Made by a program: the position numbers and the translations under genes
In this document: positions 50,573 through 63,290 of the stretch, piece by piece
Layout of the letters: each line of letters begins with the position of its first letter
Position numbering within the stretch: position 1 is the first letter of the stretch
Assembly (NCBI RefSeq): GCF_001194135.2
Contig: NC_068996.1
Location: forward strand, 18,269,553 to 18,333,552
DNA length: 64,000 bases
Direction of reading: 5' to 3'
Origin: Octopus bimaculoides
Taxonomy: Eukaryota
Notes under the pieces: generated by a model
Told to the model about the DNA's origin: nothing
The model's database searches: none
The model's input: only the letters and a program-made list of their open reading frames with translations

Positions 50573-51240
50573 ACTCACGCCAAATAGTTCATTCACTTCG
50601 TAAGCCCATAGCAAAGCCGGAAGTACATTATAGATATAAATATATAAATANNNNNNNNNNNNNNNNNNNNNNNNNNNNNNNNNNNNNNNNNNNNNNNNNN
50701 NNNNNNNNNNNNNNNNNNNNNNNNNNNNNNNNNNNNNNNNNNNNNNNNNNNNNNNNNNNNNNNNNNNNNNNNNNNNNNNNNNNNNNNNNNNNNNNNNNNN
50801 NNNNNNNNNNNNNNNNNNNNNNNNNNNNNNNNNNNNNNNNNNNNNNNNNNNNNNNNNNNNNNNNNNNNNNNNNNNNNNNNNNNNNNNNNNNNNNNNNNNN
50901 NNNNNNNNNNNNNNNNNNNNNNNNNNNNNNNNNNNNNNNNNNNNNNNNNNNNNNNNNNNNNNNNNNNNNNNNNNNNNNNNNNNNNNNNNNNNNNNNNNNN
51001 NNNNNNNNNNNNNNNNNNNNNNNNNNNNNNNNTATATATATATATATATATATATATTTGTATACATATATATATTTTTTCATATATACATACACATAAT
51101 CATACATGTTTTACATACACACACTCACACAATATAATTATATAGCTTACCTGTAGTAACAGCACAAGTACATTTATTCACTCCGTAAGACCCATAGCAA
51201 AACCGGAAGTGGATGATATACAGCTTACCTGGAGTAACAA
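50573..51240. promoter_or_regulatory. Candidate bidirectional promoter with duplicated ETS-box units
   Basis: CCGGAAGT at 50617 and 51203 inside a duplicated ~40-bp unit; minus-strand donors gtgagt (50573-50578) and gtaagc (51150, 51228). Confidence 0.45.
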
Positions 51241-51418
51241 AAATGTCCTACTAAATCATATACATTCAAGTATATATATATATACATATATATATATATA
51301 CATACACACATATATATATACATATATACTCATACATACGTATATATATCTGTATATATATATATCGTGTACCCCACCCCCTTTTGTCCCAACCTTCTGA
51401 ACCCTCCGGCGATCCAAA

Positions 51419-51598
51419 ATGACAGAGGTTGACAAAAAAGAAGCTCTGGAAGCCCTTCCAGGGTCATTAGACGATAATACAGCAGCTTCTGGCGACAAAG
51501 AGACCCTCGTTCGAGTCAAGGAGTTGAAGAAGGCGTTGTTGAGGGGCGAATCTACTTCAGTCAGCAACAAGGATGTCGTTGATGGAGTTTTACACCTG
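51419..51598 (+). CDS. NBEA/LRBA: N-terminal coding exon of a neurobeachin/LRBA-like BEACH-family protein
   Basis: Ends VSNKDVVDGVLHL followed by phase-0 donor ctg|gtgaga. This matches the recalled NBEA/LRBA motif VSNRDIVETV(L/F)NL, which I recall also ending at an intron. Downstream exons not found in the window. Confidence 0.62.
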
Positions 51599-51976
51599 GT
51601 GAGACGAAGCTTTTGGATTATTTTGATGTACTTTTTGCTAGCTGTGTGCGTGTGTGTTATACTTCTGAGCTTTGGGTTGTCTGAGTTTATACATCCATGC
51701 ATCTGTTCACACACACACACGCACACACGCATGTATACTATGCGCGTGTTGAATATATGTATGTTTATGTGTGTATGTGTGTGTGTGTGCATATGTTTAG
51801 TGTACTGTGTTGAATGCATGCGTATATGTAATTATATATATATATATATATCATATACGCACACGAATGTTTGATTAGTGATATGCACGAAACTCTCGGC
51901 TTTTGGGACACTGCGTAAGTTAACCGATAGGAATATGACAATCTTTAGTTATATATACACACACACACATACATAT

Positions 51977-52300
51977 AGGCGTGGCTGTGTGGTTAATAAG
52001 CTTGCTTTTCAACCATGTGATTTTGGGTTCAGTCGCATTGTGTGGTACCTGGTGCAAGTGTCTTCTATTGTAACCCCGACCAAAGACTTGTGAGTGGATT
52101 TTGTAGAAGGAAACTCATCGTGTATGTGTGTGTGAGTTGTATTTGTCTCTGATCAACGTTTGATAACCGGTGTTGGTTTGTTTATGATCCCTGTAGCAAG
52201 TCGGCAAAAGACACCGATAAATTATGTCGGTCTGTTCGACTAAAGTTCTTCCATGCCCCATCATGACCGCATTCTAATGACTAAAACAAGCAAAACATGA
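51977..52300 (+). mobile_element. SINE family 1, diverged
   Basis: Head and tail recognisable. Confidence 0.8.
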
Positions 52301-52586
52301 AAGGAACAATACGTAACATGCCTTGCACGGAACTCTTGCTTTTGGGTCACTTTGAAAGTTATATATACATATGTAATGTGTTGAGTGTGTCTATGTATGT
52401 GTGTGTGTATGTATATACACGCGCGCAGACGCATATGTTTGATAAATGCCTTGTAAGAAGCTTTCGGCTCCTGTGTCACTTTGTAAGTTTCACTGATTAA
52501 TAATAATAATATGGCAATCTTTAGTTTTAGGATTACATATACACACGTATATGTACACACACACACACACACCTGTATGCGTACTC

Positions 52587-52639
<53 letters not shown>

Positions 52640-53439
52640 TATATGTATATGTTTGTTAACTGATATGCAGGAAGCTTTTGGCCTCAATGATCACTAATTT
52701 CTGCTAAATGATAAAAATTTGATAATCTTTAGTTTCAAGTGTAAACACACACACACATGTGTATAGTGCATTAAAAATGCGTATGTGTATAGATAGTCTA
52801 TATATTAAACACACACACATATAAGCTGTTATATGCAACAGAATGAATATTAAATGAAAATAGTCATTTATGTATCATACTAGAAGTAAATATATTGTAA
52901 TAGGTAAAATTTACTGTGGATATCAGACAAAGATGGAACTCATCCTAACAGTGGTGAATGAGGACATTAGATGTATATCTGTCTTGTTGAGCATTATCAA
53001 TAATGTGTACTGACAGCCAACATGCTTAGACAAAATCCATCATCATTGATATATGTATGCTAGCAATGAATAAACAATTGCTGATGTTGCAAGTAGTTGC
53101 TCAGCTGAATAAAAAATCCATTATATGCAACAAGTATTATTTGATTAAAATCACCATTTATGCATTATACTTATGTAAGGCGAAATTTGACTGCAGTATT
53201 CATCTGGAGATAATGTTACTTATGGATATAGTCTGTTTAAATATGCACTATATATTGTGTTTTCAAAACATCCCATCCACGAGAAGTATCTCTAGATAAA
53301 ACTGCACTGTAAATTTTGCCAGTAGTTGTGTATTTACTTTAAGTATGATACATAAATAGCCATACACATACTTCTGTTTCATAAGTGCCATGCATGTAAT
53401 TCTCTTTCCTTGGTTTACTTTTTAAGTTCTGTTGATTAA

Positions 53440-53650
53440 TAATCCTTTCTACTAAAGGCACAAGATCTGAAATTTGTGGGGAGGGGACTAGTTCATTATG
53501 TTGACCCCAGCGTTTCTCTGGTGTTTAATTTATCAACCCCAAAAGGATGAAAGGCAAAGTCGATCTCGGCGAAATTTGAACTCAGAACGTAATGGCAGAC
53601 GAAATACTGCTAAGCATTTTGTCCAGCGTGCTAACAATTCTGCCAGCTCG
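53440..53650 (-). mobile_element. SINE family 4, full-length
   Basis: Head gagctggcagaattgttagc..ctgagttcaaat, Meta-like core, tail agtagaaaggattatt. Confidence 0.8.
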
Positions 53651-53692
53651 CTGTCTTCTTCTGTTGATTAATGCTGATGTTTGGTGTCTGCA

Positions 53693-53740
<48 letters not shown>

Positions 53741-53873
53741 GGTGCAGGCATGGCTGTGAGGTAAGAGGCTTGTAGTTAAGAAGTTCTGAGTTCAGTCCAA
53801 CTGCATGGCACCTTGGACCAACCAAAGCCTTGTGAATGGATTTGGTAGATGGAGATGGAAAGAAGTTCATCTC

Positions 53874-53907
<34 letters not shown>

Positions 53908-54092
53908 ATTTGTTTGTTTGTCCCCCCACTCCACTGCTTGACAACCAGTGTTGGTGTGTTTATGTCCCTATAACTTAGCAGTTCAACAAGAGATCAATAG
54001 GATAAATAGTGGGGGGTCAGTTCATTTGATTAAAAATTCATCAAAGCAGTACTCTAACATGGCTGCAGTCTAATGACTGAAACAAGTAAAAG
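53741..54092 (+). mobile_element. SINE family 1, diverged
   Basis: Head and tail recognisable. Confidence 0.8.
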
Positions 54093-54424
54093 GAAATATG
54101 TATGGATAAAATTTGAAGGGATAATTATAATCCAGACTATCACCTGATTAGCATAATATTCAGTTAACTGAATAAATATAATTTCTTTTCTCCCACCTGT
54201 CAATGGGATCGGCTATTTGAGTCTGATGAGTTGTCTATACAGCTAAGTGCTTTATAGGTGCAAAACCAATGGTCAAATAGTTACTCTCTAACCAGTCATA
54301 ACAAGCAACCTTCTATATATATATAGATATATATATACACATATAATAGGTATGCATACTTATGTTTGCAGCCTTAATAGTAACATATGCTGATCTTTGG
54401 TTTGATGTATATATAATATATAGG

Positions 54425-54912
54425 CACTGATGTGGCTGTTTGGCAAGAAGTTTGCTTCTCAACCACATGGTTTGGGGTTCAGTTCCACTGTGTAGCACCT
54501 TGTGTAAGTGTCTTCTGCTGTAGCCTTTGTTTTTAACCAACACCTTGTGAATGAATTTGATAGATGGAAACTGAAAGAAGCTTGTTGTTTGTGTGTGTGT
54601 GTGTGTACATATGTTTGTACGTACATACATACATACGGATCAAAACAGTTTCAGTTTGATCCATACATGTAACTCCCAATAAATTTGTTTGTCCACTCAC
54701 TTGTGTATATCTGTCCCCCACCACTGGGGGACAGACACACTGCTTGACAACTGGTGGTGATATGTTTATATCTCTATAACTTAGTGGCTTAGCGAAAGAG
54801 ACAGAATAAGTACCAGGTTTCAGAAAATAAGTACAGGGGTTGATTCATTTGACTAAAATTTTTCAAGGTAGTGCTCCAGCATGGCTGCAGATAATGACTG
54901 AAATGAGTAAAA
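54425..54912 (+). mobile_element. SINE family 1, diverged
   Basis: Head and tail recognisable. Confidence 0.8.
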
Positions 54913-55085
54913 GTGTGCACATACAGTTAGAACTCAGAGTAACAATAGACTGGTTCAAGCAAGACAGTATATACATACATGGATTATTTAATGATGTAAG
55001 TATATATCATCTTTTTTTTTCTGACAGTCAAGTTCTCATGAAAACCCACCCATCATGGCAAAACTGACTTTAGGAAGTGCTGCAT

Positions 55086-55130
<45 letters not shown>

Positions 55131-55149
55131 GTATGTGCATGTGCATGTA

Positions 55150-55520
55150 TCGTCATCACCAGTTAATGTCCCTTTTTCCATGCTGACATGGGTTAGATGC
55201 TTTGACAAGAACAGAGAAGCCAGAGGGCTCTGCCAGGTTCTGTGTCTCCTTTCACATGGTTTCTACAGTTGGATGCCATTTCTAATGCCAATCACTACTG
55301 GTTGCTTTTCCTTATATGTGTGTATGTATGTATACATATATATGTGAGTATATGTATATTTGTGTGTGCGTATGTATGTATTTGTATGTATATATATATA
55401 TATCATTATCATCATCATTTAATGTTCATTGTCCATATTGGCATGGGTTGGGACAGAGCTGCAAGCTGGAGAGCTGCACCAGTCTGATTCGGCATGTTTT
55501 CTACAGCTTGATGCCCTTCC
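55150..55520 (-). mobile_element. Two decayed family 3 element 3' ends
   Basis: (CAT)n + ttaatg..ccatg..gggttgga..ggatgccctt, twice. Confidence 0.65.
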
Positions 55521-56199
55521 TAATATATATATATATGAACATCTCACTCATGTCCCCCACCACCATCACATGCACCATATTATCCACTGCTGCTCCCCCT
55601 TCTCCCCCTTGCTACCCAGAACCATCTCACCTGTTAGCCCTTCTTCATCCATTTATTTTGTTCTTCACACCTACATGTTGTAGTGGCCCTCCCCCACCCT
55701 CCTCAGACCACCAAATTATCTCTCCTCAAGCACTGTCTCTTCATCTCGCTACTCCACCCCTTACAGCCATCCCAAATGCATCATCCCTCTTCTCCACCCC
55801 TACAATCTCCCTGTCAATACTATCATCATTACCATCCAGCTGCTGGCATCACTGTTAACCCCCTCAACTCATGCACTCCCTCCCTACAACCCTTCCTCAG
55901 TCTTTACAGATGTTGCCTACCTCCCTCTCCCACTTATCCCTTTCCCCATACACTCTTGCAAACACACATTCCTCCCACCTACTACTACCCCTGCTACCTG
56001 AGGTGCCACCTGGATACCTCATCACCACTGTCGATCTCCTTTGAGATAACCTCTAATTCATTCTCATTCCTAAATGTGTGTAGTAGCCATGCAGCTACTC
56101 TACAACATGAACTTGCTCTACCCCAACCTCTTCCCTCATATCTTGATCCCCCCCCCCCCATCTAACATTTGGATGCCGTATCCGTATTTTAGATGTGAG

Positions 56200-56422
56200 C
56201 TACATGGTGACTTCAATAGCGCCAGTGGCATGACAAAAAACACCCTGTACACTCTGTAAAGTTGTTGGCATTAGGAAGTGCATGGTTTCTAGTGTATCCA
56301 GCCATAGAAACCATGTGAAAGCAGACACTAGAGCATGATGCAGTCTATTGACCCATCAGATCCTTGTTAAATCATCCAACCCATGCCAGCATGGAATATG
56401 GACATTAAATGATGATGATAAT
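56200..56422 (+). mobile_element. Family 3 element
   Basis: catggtgac..gtacactctgtaaag..ggcattaggaag..ccaacccatgccagcatgga..(GAT)n. Confidence 0.75.
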
Positions 56423-58542
56423 TGTTGTATAGGGAATCTGTACATCCCTGTGATTGGCTAAGTGAACTATACTTAGTATAAATGAGCATGTGCAGAACAG
56501 TCTGAGAGGAGTGTTGTATGCGCAGTCATAGTATACAGGTTGTGGGAATTATTGAATAGAGATATCGTGGAGTCCTTGTTGAAGATACACAACTGGAGAG
56601 TAATAAGAGAACATCAGGAACGTTTGATATTATAACAGTTCAGATATAACAGTGATGATGAGAAGTCGTATGTCATAGCAGTGGCGACGTAGATACCTCC
56701 TTTCTGTATAACAGTGCCGTTATAACAGTAGTAATGAGGTATGAATGCTCGTAGGGATGTTGAAATGGAAGAACTACTAGCTTCCGTTGTGAAGCAATAA
56801 CAACAGTTGCAGCAGCAGCAGCTGTTACAACAGCAGCAAGAATACTGCGAACAACAACAACAACAACAGCTAAACCAGCAGTTGATATAGTTATTGCTAA
56901 ACTCCAAGAATGCAGTGGCATCATATTTGGCAGATGGAGTAGCCAACTCCATTGAAGAATTTCTGTATAATCCCAAAGATGGGATTACATTTTCTTCATA
57001 CTATAGAAGGTATGAAGAAATATTTAAAGAGGAGTGCAAGGGCCAGACAAACGAAAAGAAGGTAAGACTTCTTTTGCGTAAACTAGGACTGCCCCTTTAG
57101 GAATAAAGAATGTTTTGCTTGTGACAAAATGGGGCATAAACAGTCGCAATTTTGGACAAAAAAAAAAAAGAGAATTTCATGTAGGACATCCTAGAATTGG
57201 AATGATGAAGTCCCTCATAAGGAGTTATACTTACTGGCCTAATATGGATAAAGATATCGAGAAACTGGTGAAAGCATGCAGGGGATGCGCGCTGATAGCT
57301 AAGGTACCACCAGTAAAGATTCAGCCGTGGCCAAAGACAGATATACCATGGTCTAGACTACACAGATTTTGCACAACCACTAAATGGTGTATATTATCTG
57401 GTAGTAGTAGATAGCTACACAAAATGGCCTGAAATTTGTAAGTACAGAAAACCAACTACGAAAATAACTACTGAATATTTGGATGAAATATTTACACATT
57501 TTTGTGTGCCGGACATTATAGTGTTAGATAATGGCATGCAGTTTACAGCAAAAGAGTTCAAAGATTTTTGTAAGATGTGTCAAATGGAACATGTCATTAC
57601 TCTACCATGTCATCCGAGGTCAAATGGACTTGCAGAGAGGTTTGTAGATATGTTTAAAAGAGTGTTGAGGAAAACCAGAAACAAATCTTTTGTGGATAAT
57701 ACACTGACAAAATTTTTACACATCTATAGAATAATGCCAAACTCCAACACAGAGTTGGGTGTCACCCACTGAATTAATGTTCACCAGAAAGGTACGATCA
57801 GTATTTGATAAATTGTTACCAGGAAGGAAACAACAAATACAGAAGACTACTGTTAATGATACAAACTATTTTTTAACACAGTATTTTTTAAAATGTACAA
57901 ATATGGAAAACAAAGTTGGGAACAAGGATGAATAACCAAATGTCTTGTTAGAGTAATATATATGGTGAAAGGGCAGATGTGTGAGCATAAGAGACATGTA
58001 AATCAAATAAAAAAGAGATACACAGAAGGATGGAAAAGGCAGGAAGAGCCTATGGAAATACTTTGACATATTTGATATTCTGATGCTGCAGGAAAGGGTT
58101 GAACCAGTGTGCAAGCCAACTAGAGAAAGCAGAAGGAGACGTTCGAGATTGATTCTAAATGAAAAAAATATGCCAATTTCTCCCCAAGGAAGTAATAAAA
58201 ATAAATAAAGGGAAAACCAATTTCAAAGTGAGAGGTGTTGTATGGCCAACATGGAATATGGACATTAAATGATAATGATAATTGTTGTATGAGGAACCTG
58301 TACACCCTGTGATTGGCTAAGTGAACTCTACTAGTTAGTATAAATGAGCATGTGCAGAACAGTCTGAGAGGAGTGTCATATGTGCAGTCATAGCGTACAG
58401 GTTGTAGGAATTATTGAATAGAGATATTGTGGAGTGTTTGTTGAAGATACACAACTGGAGAGTAATAAGAGAACATCAGGAACGTTTTATATTACAACAG
58501 TTCAGATATAACAGTGATGATAAGAAGTCAAACATCATATCA
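56423..58542 (+). mobile_element. Internally deleted Gypsy LTR retrotransposon
   Basis: LTRs at 56423-56680 and 58283-58542 (~90% identical by eye); PBS gtggcgacg at 56681; ATAAT TSD. Gag fragment plus integrase (HPRIGMMK..WPNM..C..C, DNG.QF, PRSNGLAERFV). Protease, RT and RNase H absent. Confidence 0.93.
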
Positions 58543-58739
58543 ATAATAATAATGATGATGATGTGTGTGTGTGTTACTATCTTCTTTCCTTGACATTGTA
58601 TGACAGTTGTGTCACCATCACTCAAGTGATGTCCTTTGTTTGAGACATGTCTGGTCATGGGGAAATATTACCTGAACAAAGATGATATATGTGTGTGTGT
58701 ATACACACACATGCATGCACATATATCAGAAGAATTATC

Positions 58740-59590
58740 TTTCAACTGTTTTCTGTGAGTTATAACCAGAGTTAGCTTTTTCTATCAGAAAGCCTGATAT
58801 GGCCCTTGTTTTTAAAGAGTGCATTATCAAATTAAAAGGTTTTACAGAGATTATAGTGTTTTCTTTGGTGTGGTTTCCATGGCGGAATGCCCTTCTTTTT
58901 TTCTGCATATTTTTGTGCGGTGCTTCTGATTGAGGACAATGCTTCTCCACATTAACCGTTTCACTTTGGTTTAACTCTCCATGATAGACAACTCTCTTCA
59001 TATCATGTCAAACACACAATGTGGCTATTTTTTGGGGTGTAGTTCTGGTTTGGAGATGGATTCTCCTTTTTCATTTGGTGCTAACCATTGTCATTTTTAT
59101 TTGATATGATTATAGGGTATCCACTTTTCATCACTTGTGATGATTCTACCCAGGAAAAAGTTTATTAGCAATTCTGTTCTTCAAGACAAGCAGAGGACAA
59201 CTCTTTGATTAAGCTGAGAAGCAGTGAGATTATGAGGGTCCCATTGACTAAACTTAGACACCTCCCATTTTATGAATATGTTTTAAGAATGAAATGTGAC
59301 ATGAATTGAACTGTTTTGCCAATTCTCTTGAAGTTTGTTTTGGTTTTTTTTCTTGATTGTGGCTTTCAGAAGTCCAAAATTGACAAAAGTTCATTGTCTA
59401 TGTTGAGTGTAATCTGTGGGAGAAAAACTTCCCGAGCAAAACTGACGAAACCATTCTTGACATGTGCAGACACTCAAAGCTTCATCCTTGTTGACAAAAT
59501 GAATATTTCTGGCTGCTTCTATTGCTGAAGAGCTCCTTTTGAATTCATGCAGCATGCTGTGTCAGATATGAGTCTGATCTAAAATCATTT
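58740..59590 (-). mobile_element. Mariner transposase remnant (Mos1-like)
   Basis: HIWHSMLHEFK..EAARNI..TCQEWF, W.PHNLT, IITSDEKW, ELHPKK, DMKRVVYH. Confidence 0.85.
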
Positions 59591-60096
59591 TAAAAGGGTA
59601 AATGCAATATGAATTTTATCACTATAGTATAAATTAAGAAAGAAAAAAACATTACAGTGTAAAAATTAATGCTTGTTTTTCTATTTTACTGTAAGTGTTG
59701 AAAAGGCACTCTCAAAATGATAATGTTGAATAGCCTGAGGGCTGCCTTCTTTCAGGTATGTAACTGCATGAACAGAACAGAGGCAAGCTGAGTCTCTGCT
59801 TGACCTTACAAATATGCTATTGGTGGAACAAATAACACTCTACCTAACAATGGGTGAAAATATACTGGACCTCTATTTCACAAATAACATAGTATTTATC
59901 CATAATGTTAAGATGGCATCAGTGATTTTCTTGGATCATAACTTAGTAGAACTAGCAATGTATGGTCTGTAGAAAACTGTAAACGTGCTACCTACTAGAA
60001 ATACTCAATTCCCTTTCCAGAGTTGAAGTGTTGGTGTAATCATGATATTCTGGCAATCTGAAGAGTTTGCCTTCGATATCTGCATTGATTTGTAGT

Positions 60097-60507
60097 TTTC
60101 GAGCGGGATCATTGCCAGTGCCCCTGGACTGGCTCATGTGCGGGCGACACATGATATCTTTCGTGCGAGATCATTGCCAGTGCCCATGGACTGGCTCTTG
60201 TGCGAGTGACACATGAGGTTTTTCGAGCGAGATCGTTGCTGGTGCCCCTGGACTGGCTCTTGTGCGGGTGGCACATAAAAGACACCATTTCGAGCGTGGC
60301 CGTTTTCGTGCGGGTGACACGTAAAAGCACCCACTACACTCTCTGAGTGGTTGGCGTTAGGAAGGGCATCCAGCTGTAGAAACTCTGCCAAATTAGATTG
60401 GAGCCTGGTGTTGCCATCCGGTTTCACCAGTCCTCAGTCAAATCGTCCAACCCATGCTAGCATGGAAGGCGGACGTTAAACGATGATGATGATGATGATG
60501 ATGATGT
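60097..60507 (+). mobile_element. Family 3 element with internal ~62-bp tandem repeats
   Basis: tttcg.gcg.gatc.ttgc..gtgccc.tggactggctc.tgtgcg three times plus a partial unit; (GAT)n tail. Confidence 0.85.
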
Positions 60508-60838
60508 GTGGCAGGCATATTGGTGAAGTAAAATAATTTACTATATACTAAAATTATTGCAATCCTACAGATATCAAAGGGTTAAATAAACATATTCACC
60601 TCTCATATCTCCTGACCTTGTATGGTCTATACACTTCACATAAAATAATTTCATAGATTGGATCGCTTGGATTTCAACTGCATAGAATTCTACATTATGC
60701 CCCTCTGTATTGGATTATTATGTGATATGATAGCCAGGTCCATTAGAGCAGCTTTTTTTGTGATTGCCACAAGATTCCATGAAATTTATGATTGTATATA
60801 TTTATGTACACATATAGATATGTTTATGTGTGTGTATG

Positions 60839-60879
<41 letters not shown>

Positions 60880-60887
<8 letters not shown>

Positions 60888-61118
60888 CAACTTACATTGA
60901 AAGTCAACAAACAAAGTTTGCTTTAGAAGCATTGAGATGTATTAAAAGTTACAGATAAGGAAATAATTTTATTCTCAAATGCAGGAGATAATGCTAATAA
61001 TATAGCATGAACAGGATAAACTATCCATATTTCGCAGTAAAATCTGTCGGTGGGTAGCCACGAGACTCAAACTCCTGTAATTACACATCAAGTGCTTTAC
61101 TATTAAGCTAAACTGCCC
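60880..61118 (-). mobile_element. tRNA-derived SINE (family 5), intact
   Basis: Head gggcagtttagcttaatagtaaagc..ggagtttgagtctc..ctaccca, body, (TA)n tail. Confidence 0.65.
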
Positions 61119-61187
61119 AGCAACAGGTTCTTCTGCAATTTTTAGGATATATAAATCTAATTTTATAAGACACTATCATCATATGTT

Positions 61188-61748
61188 AAACTCAACTTAC
61201 GTTGAAAGTTAACAAACAAGGCTTGCTTTTGAAGCATTGAGATATATTGACAGATTTTTCTGCAAAATCTTCTCTTCTTGCCTTTAACCCTCCAACGCGG
61301 AGTATAGGCCACTTATAATTGAATTCCATGTCGCATAATTTCTCGCTTCTGTACTTATACTCTGCCATGAATATCTCCCTTTCTCTAGTTCCTTTTGTGT
61401 TGATCTATGCCACAAGTTCTTAGGCTTACCCCTCTTTCTATATCCATCCAGATTCCACTGTAAAGCACCTTTCGCTGCATTTGGTGTGTCCTTTCTAATT
61501 GTGCTATCAATCCACTTCCGCTTTTTCTTAAATATTTGCTCTCTAATCGGAGCTTGATTCGTTCTTTGCCATAGCTCCATATTGCTTATGTGTTCGGGCC
61601 ATCTGATTTTAAGTATACTTTTATATATTTTAAGTATTGACAGATTTTTCTGCAAAATATGGATAGTTAATCCTGTTCATGCTATATTATTAGCATTATC
61701 TCCTGCGTTTGAGAATAAAACTATTTCCTTATCTGTAACTTTTAATAC
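61188..61748. mobile_element. Headless family 5 SINE copy with an inverted 5' segment, interrupted by an RTE
   Basis: 61188-61248 matches 60883-60943 directly; 61639-61748 is the reverse complement of 60939-61048. Confidence 0.8.
61269..61634 (-). mobile_element. 5'-truncated RTE LINE with 24-bp TSD
   Basis: ILKIRWP..ISN.ELW.RT..KWI..ALQWN..G.RKRGKPKN.W; tattgacagatttttctgcaaaat at 61245-61268 and 61635-61658. Confidence 0.9.
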
Positions 61749-61986
61749 ACACACATACACATACACACACATACACATACACATGTTTGTATACATATAC
61801 ATATCATCTTTCAATTTCTGTTTACTAAATCCACTCATAAGCTTTGGTTAGCTGGTTGGCCCAGTTTTGAATAGGAGACACTTGTCCATATTGGTATGTA
61901 ATGGACCTGCATCTGAAATTACGTGCTTGTGAAGCAAATTTCCAAATCACACAGCCACACTTCCTCTTATGTATGTGTGTATGTGT

Positions 61987-62021
<35 letters not shown>

Positions 62022-62929
62022 GGACTGAATACCCCAAAAGAAGGTCACAACATCATAACTATAGCCTTTAAACCTGAACTTAAACTAAGGAGGGTGTTAA
62101 AACTTTACCTGCTGATACATATTGTTCAATATATGTTTTGTATTTTCAGTCAATATCTGAGATATTTATGATTTGTCCAGTGACATACTGGACAGTGACA
62201 GTCAAAGCTCTGATCTCACCACCCTTGGAAAAAGTAATTCATATCATGACAACCTCAATTTGGCCTTGGACATATTCTTTTGTGATTTTGTAACTTGTTC
62301 AATTGTGAGGGATTGATTGTGATTCATTTGAGTAGAATTCACATCTTCAAAGTTGAACTATTTCTAGGAGAGGCACTGATTGTATAAAAATATGCAGGAG
62401 AGATTAGTTACATGGCTTCATTTACATTAAACATTCTATGCTGTTATATCACATATAAAACTGACTGCTATCGTAACAATTAACCTCGAAACAAGTGTTT
62501 CTCAATTTTATTACTTTTATACATTCCATGTATCAGAAAAACACTGTAATAATTATTGTATATCTTTGTTAGTACTTTACTTTCTCTTTCATAAAATTTA
62601 AGTTTCATTAAAGACCTATTCACCCATTCTTTGTGCTATCCCTTTACCCACCTTTTTGTACCTTGTGGGTATACCTTAACATTATATTTCCATCATTCCT
62701 TCTTTCTTTCTTTCTTTCTTTCTGGGGGAGCCATGTATCTCCTCTTCAGGAAGACACCTGTTCCTCTTCCTCTAACATCCTTTAACTTCACAATATCTGC
62801 TGCAAAGCCACCTTCCTCAATTCTGTATCTGGACATTGTCAAGGCATCTTGTTTATTGCTTGGGGACCTCACTAATGCTGATGTCACAAACAAATCCATG
62901 CCACATCACTACTATTTTCCTTTTTTTCC

Positions 62930-63290
62930 AACTCCACCCGATCACTCCCACCCTCTTTTCTAAAATGTGAATAATCATGTAGCTCATCTACAGCAAGAAA
63001 CCTGTTCTGCTCTGGCCCCTTCTATCATACTTTAACTCCTTCTCTCCTATCATAAATCTTTTCCTTCAGGGTTTGAAGTCTTATGAGCTGCATGGTGACC
63101 TTGCTAGTGTTTATGGTAGGAAAAAGTCCCCAACACACTCTGCTAAGTAGTTGATGTTAGGAAGAGTATCAGCTGTAGAAACCTTGCCAAAACAGGTACT
63201 GGAGCCCAATGCAGCCCTCTAACTAATTTAAACATATTGATATGTCCAATCTATGTCAGTATGGATTACAGATGTTAAATGATGATTAAA
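62930..63290 (+). mobile_element. Family 3 element, decayed
   Basis: Matches 46600-46800 and the family 3 body and tail. Confidence 0.6.

Noticed and set aside
55540-56160. Pro/Ser/Leu-rich ORFs
   Set aside because: Produced by a C/T-rich low-complexity tract with no recognisable domain.
56614-56976. Poly-Cys / poly-Gln coding stretch
   Set aside because: CAG/CAA repeat inside the Gypsy gag region; the Cys-rich ORF is its antisense.
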